This document shows, in pieces, positions 61,542-64,000 of a stretch of DNA of 64,000 nucleotides (positions within the stretch are counted from its first letter, which is position 1; every line of letters starts with the position of its first letter). This DNA comes from Takakia lepidozioides (Eukaryota; Plantae; Bryophyta), in NCBI GenBank assembly GCA_030704615.1, contig CM060731.1, forward strand, positions 91,140,001 to 91,204,000, written 5' to 3'. Position numbers and translations under genes: made by a program. The notes under the pieces are model-generated. The model saw nothing but the letters and a program-made list of their open reading frames with translations. It ran no database searches and had not been told where the DNA came from.

Positions 61542-63948
61542 GTGGTAGAACCAACGGAGAGTTTAGACTCTCCAACACCATTGCAGGTGAGTTACATGAG
61601 TGAAGAAGAAACCCAAGGACAGAACTTGGAGGATGAAAACAGAGAGAAGAAATTGGAAGAGGAAGAGTATGAAGAAGTAGACCCAATAGCTGAGGTTGAG
61701 ACTACAACCAGGACATCCCAACCCGTTGGACCTGGATCAAGTGGAGCACTTGGATCACAGGCCAACGAAGGTGTCGGCTCAGGGGGATCAGGCGGGCAGC
61801 CTGGATCTGGCTCTGGGGGGACAGGGAGTGTGGGAAGTAGTGCAACTGGAGCTGGGAATACTGTGAATATAGTGGGGCCAGTAGCAGGGAGTGCTCAGGG
61901 GCCAGCACTTGGTGGAAGTTCCACCACAACTACAACAGGTCCTCAAGGACCAGCACCGGCAAGGGGGCCAACATCTGTCAATGGACAGAGGGTAGGGCCA
62001 CAGATGGCGTTACAACCAACACGGGCAAAACCACATTTTCCAATATATTTAGGGAAAGGGGATCATGATGTACACATTAGCCAATTTGAGCACATGTGTA
62101 TTGTGAACAATGAGAATGGCGATGATGCCAAGATGAGACTGTTTCCTTGTTCACTTATAAAGAAAGCAAGTGAATGGTATGCAAGATTCCCTGATAATCA
62201 TTTCCTAACCTGGAATGGCTTGAATACAACATTCCGAAATAGGTTCAGGACAAGTAAAACTGAGGATGAAGTGTATGGAAGTTTACAACAGTTAAAGCAA
62301 AAGAAGCATGAAACTGTTGAGGAGTATATGGAAAAGATGGAATTGATGATGAAAAAGCTGGCTGCTGTATCAGCACCAGGTTTACAGAAGACTTGGTTTG
62401 TGAGTGGACTAAGACCGGAGTTGCAAAAGAAAGTGGATATGTTACCCCATAATATAGTGGAGGAGGCATTTGAAACAACAAACAGAATTGAGCAATTGGG
62501 ATCACAGCTGATGGCCAAGTTCGAATCAGCTTTCCATTACATTGATGACATATGCTGGCTTAATGCAGGATGCTCAGGAGAGAGAAAATGGCTGATGAGG
62601 ACTTTGAGGATGAGTCAGATGAGGAAGAAGAGCAAGAGCTGAAAAGGAAGAGTAAGAGGAAGGAAAAGTTGAAGAGGGATAACTATGAGAAAAGATTAGA
62701 AGAAATCTTGAAGAATATGCCACAGAGGCTGCAACACATTGGAGGAATGGTGTTTGGTGTGCAAAATGCCACAATGAAGGCCATACCACCACTGAATGCC
62801 ACATGAAGGAGAAACACTGTACTATCTGTAAAATGGATAACCATTCTACTGAGAATTGTTACTACAACATAAGGACAACAGTTAGAGAACCTAGGCAAGT
62901 AAGGGTGCATCAAGTGCAGCCCCAGCCAAGAAGAAACAGTGATCAGGACCACTATGGTAGGCCTGGTGGTTATAACAATGGTATGGAGGGGAGAGGTAAT
63001 CCAAGAGGGAATTACCAAGGAAATTCCAGGGGCAACTATCAGGGTAATCCAAGGGGGAATTACAAGCCAGGGAATCAGGATTACAGAAATAATCCAAGAG
63101 CAGACCAAGGGCGAGGACCCAATGGTGAAGAACTGTGTTACTATTGTAATCAAGCAGGACATCGCAAGGCAGCCTGTTCATTCTGGATTAGACACCAGAA
63201 TGAGATGAGAGCTCATGTGAATGAGGGCCCAGTGGTGGCAGCTCATATGGTTAGGCCATGTGTTGTACTAGAAATGAGTACGATGATAGTAACCAGAAGC
63301 AAAGCTAAGTTAATACCTCCAGTAGATGAGGAAGATGATGATAATGAAGATGGCAGTGATGTGCCTGAAAATGAAGAGGCTTGGAGAGATGAGAATGAAC
63401 TGCACAAGGAAGTGGCAGATACCATAAGGGAAATGCAGAAGAGTACTGATATTCCTATGGCAGATTCCTCTGATTCTGAAAGAGAAGAGGAAGTGAGTGA
63501 GGATGAAGGGAAGAAAGAAGCTGCAGACATGCAGAGTAATGAAGGGACTATGGCTGAAGTAATATGCCAGTCCAAAGCGGAGATTACCATTGGACAGCTA
63601 TTGGCTGTGGCACCTTATTGTAGACACAGGCTGTATCAAGCAATCAATCGAATTGCCCATGTGACAGGGAACACAGACCTGAACAGCAAGGTGACTTGTT
63701 ATAATGTGAAGCCGGAAGGGCGAGAAACAGTCATGGACTTTGATGATTCTATGCCAATAATCCAATTGAGAATTGGAAGCACAGAACTAACTGATGTACT
63801 GATTGATGGAGGCTCTCGAGTGAATATCATGACAGACCAATTAAGGCAGAAGCTTGGTCTAAGTAACATGAAACCAGCCCCATTTTGTATGAATTGGAGC
63901 TACCGGCAAACAACAAGGTGCACCCAGTATTCCATGTCTCCCTTTTGA
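61542..63948 (+). mobile_element. Ty3/gypsy-type retrotransposon gag + Zn knuckles + aspartic protease, frameshifted and truncated
   Basis: RLFPCSL..ASEWY..TW..L..FRNRF, LKQKKHETVEEY, FVSGLRPEL; CTICKMDNHSTENC and CYYCNQAGHRKAAC; VLIDGGSRVNIM. Confidence 0.85.
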
Positions 63949-64000
63949 AGCCTTACTTCAAAGATGAAGCGCGCCCGAATCGGCATCAAGTGTTGCGTCC

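Overview
Eukaryotic land-plant DNA (spliceosomal introns, a PLS-type PPR relic, plant-type U6 and CCCTAAA repeats; probably a non-seed plant, which is inference). One intact host gene is present: a 7-exon CCDC130/CWC16(Yju2)-family splicing factor (29065-38006, +). Most of the rest is nested, decayed transposons: CACTA/En-Spm relics, RTE-like LINE pieces, a non-autonomous Helitron, a Ty3/gypsy gag-protease, and four copies or relics of an unusual Mutator-like (MULE) family. The standout is a structurally complete 11.4-kb MULE (45424-56862; short TIRs, 9-bp TSD CCCCAAGGG). It carries a GCM-MULE-SWIM transposase on - and a divergent multi-exon accessory gene on + with a ParB/Srx-like domain and a bacterial beta-class DNA amino-methyltransferase-like domain. 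Between them lies a 53-bp-phased array of a 22-28 bp palindrome that also recurs in the accessory gene's introns. A second candidate novelty is a 181-nt U6-derived, self-complementary, TTTT-terminated sequence captured inside a LINE in the splicing-factor intron. All domain calls come from motif recognition by eye; no searches were run.
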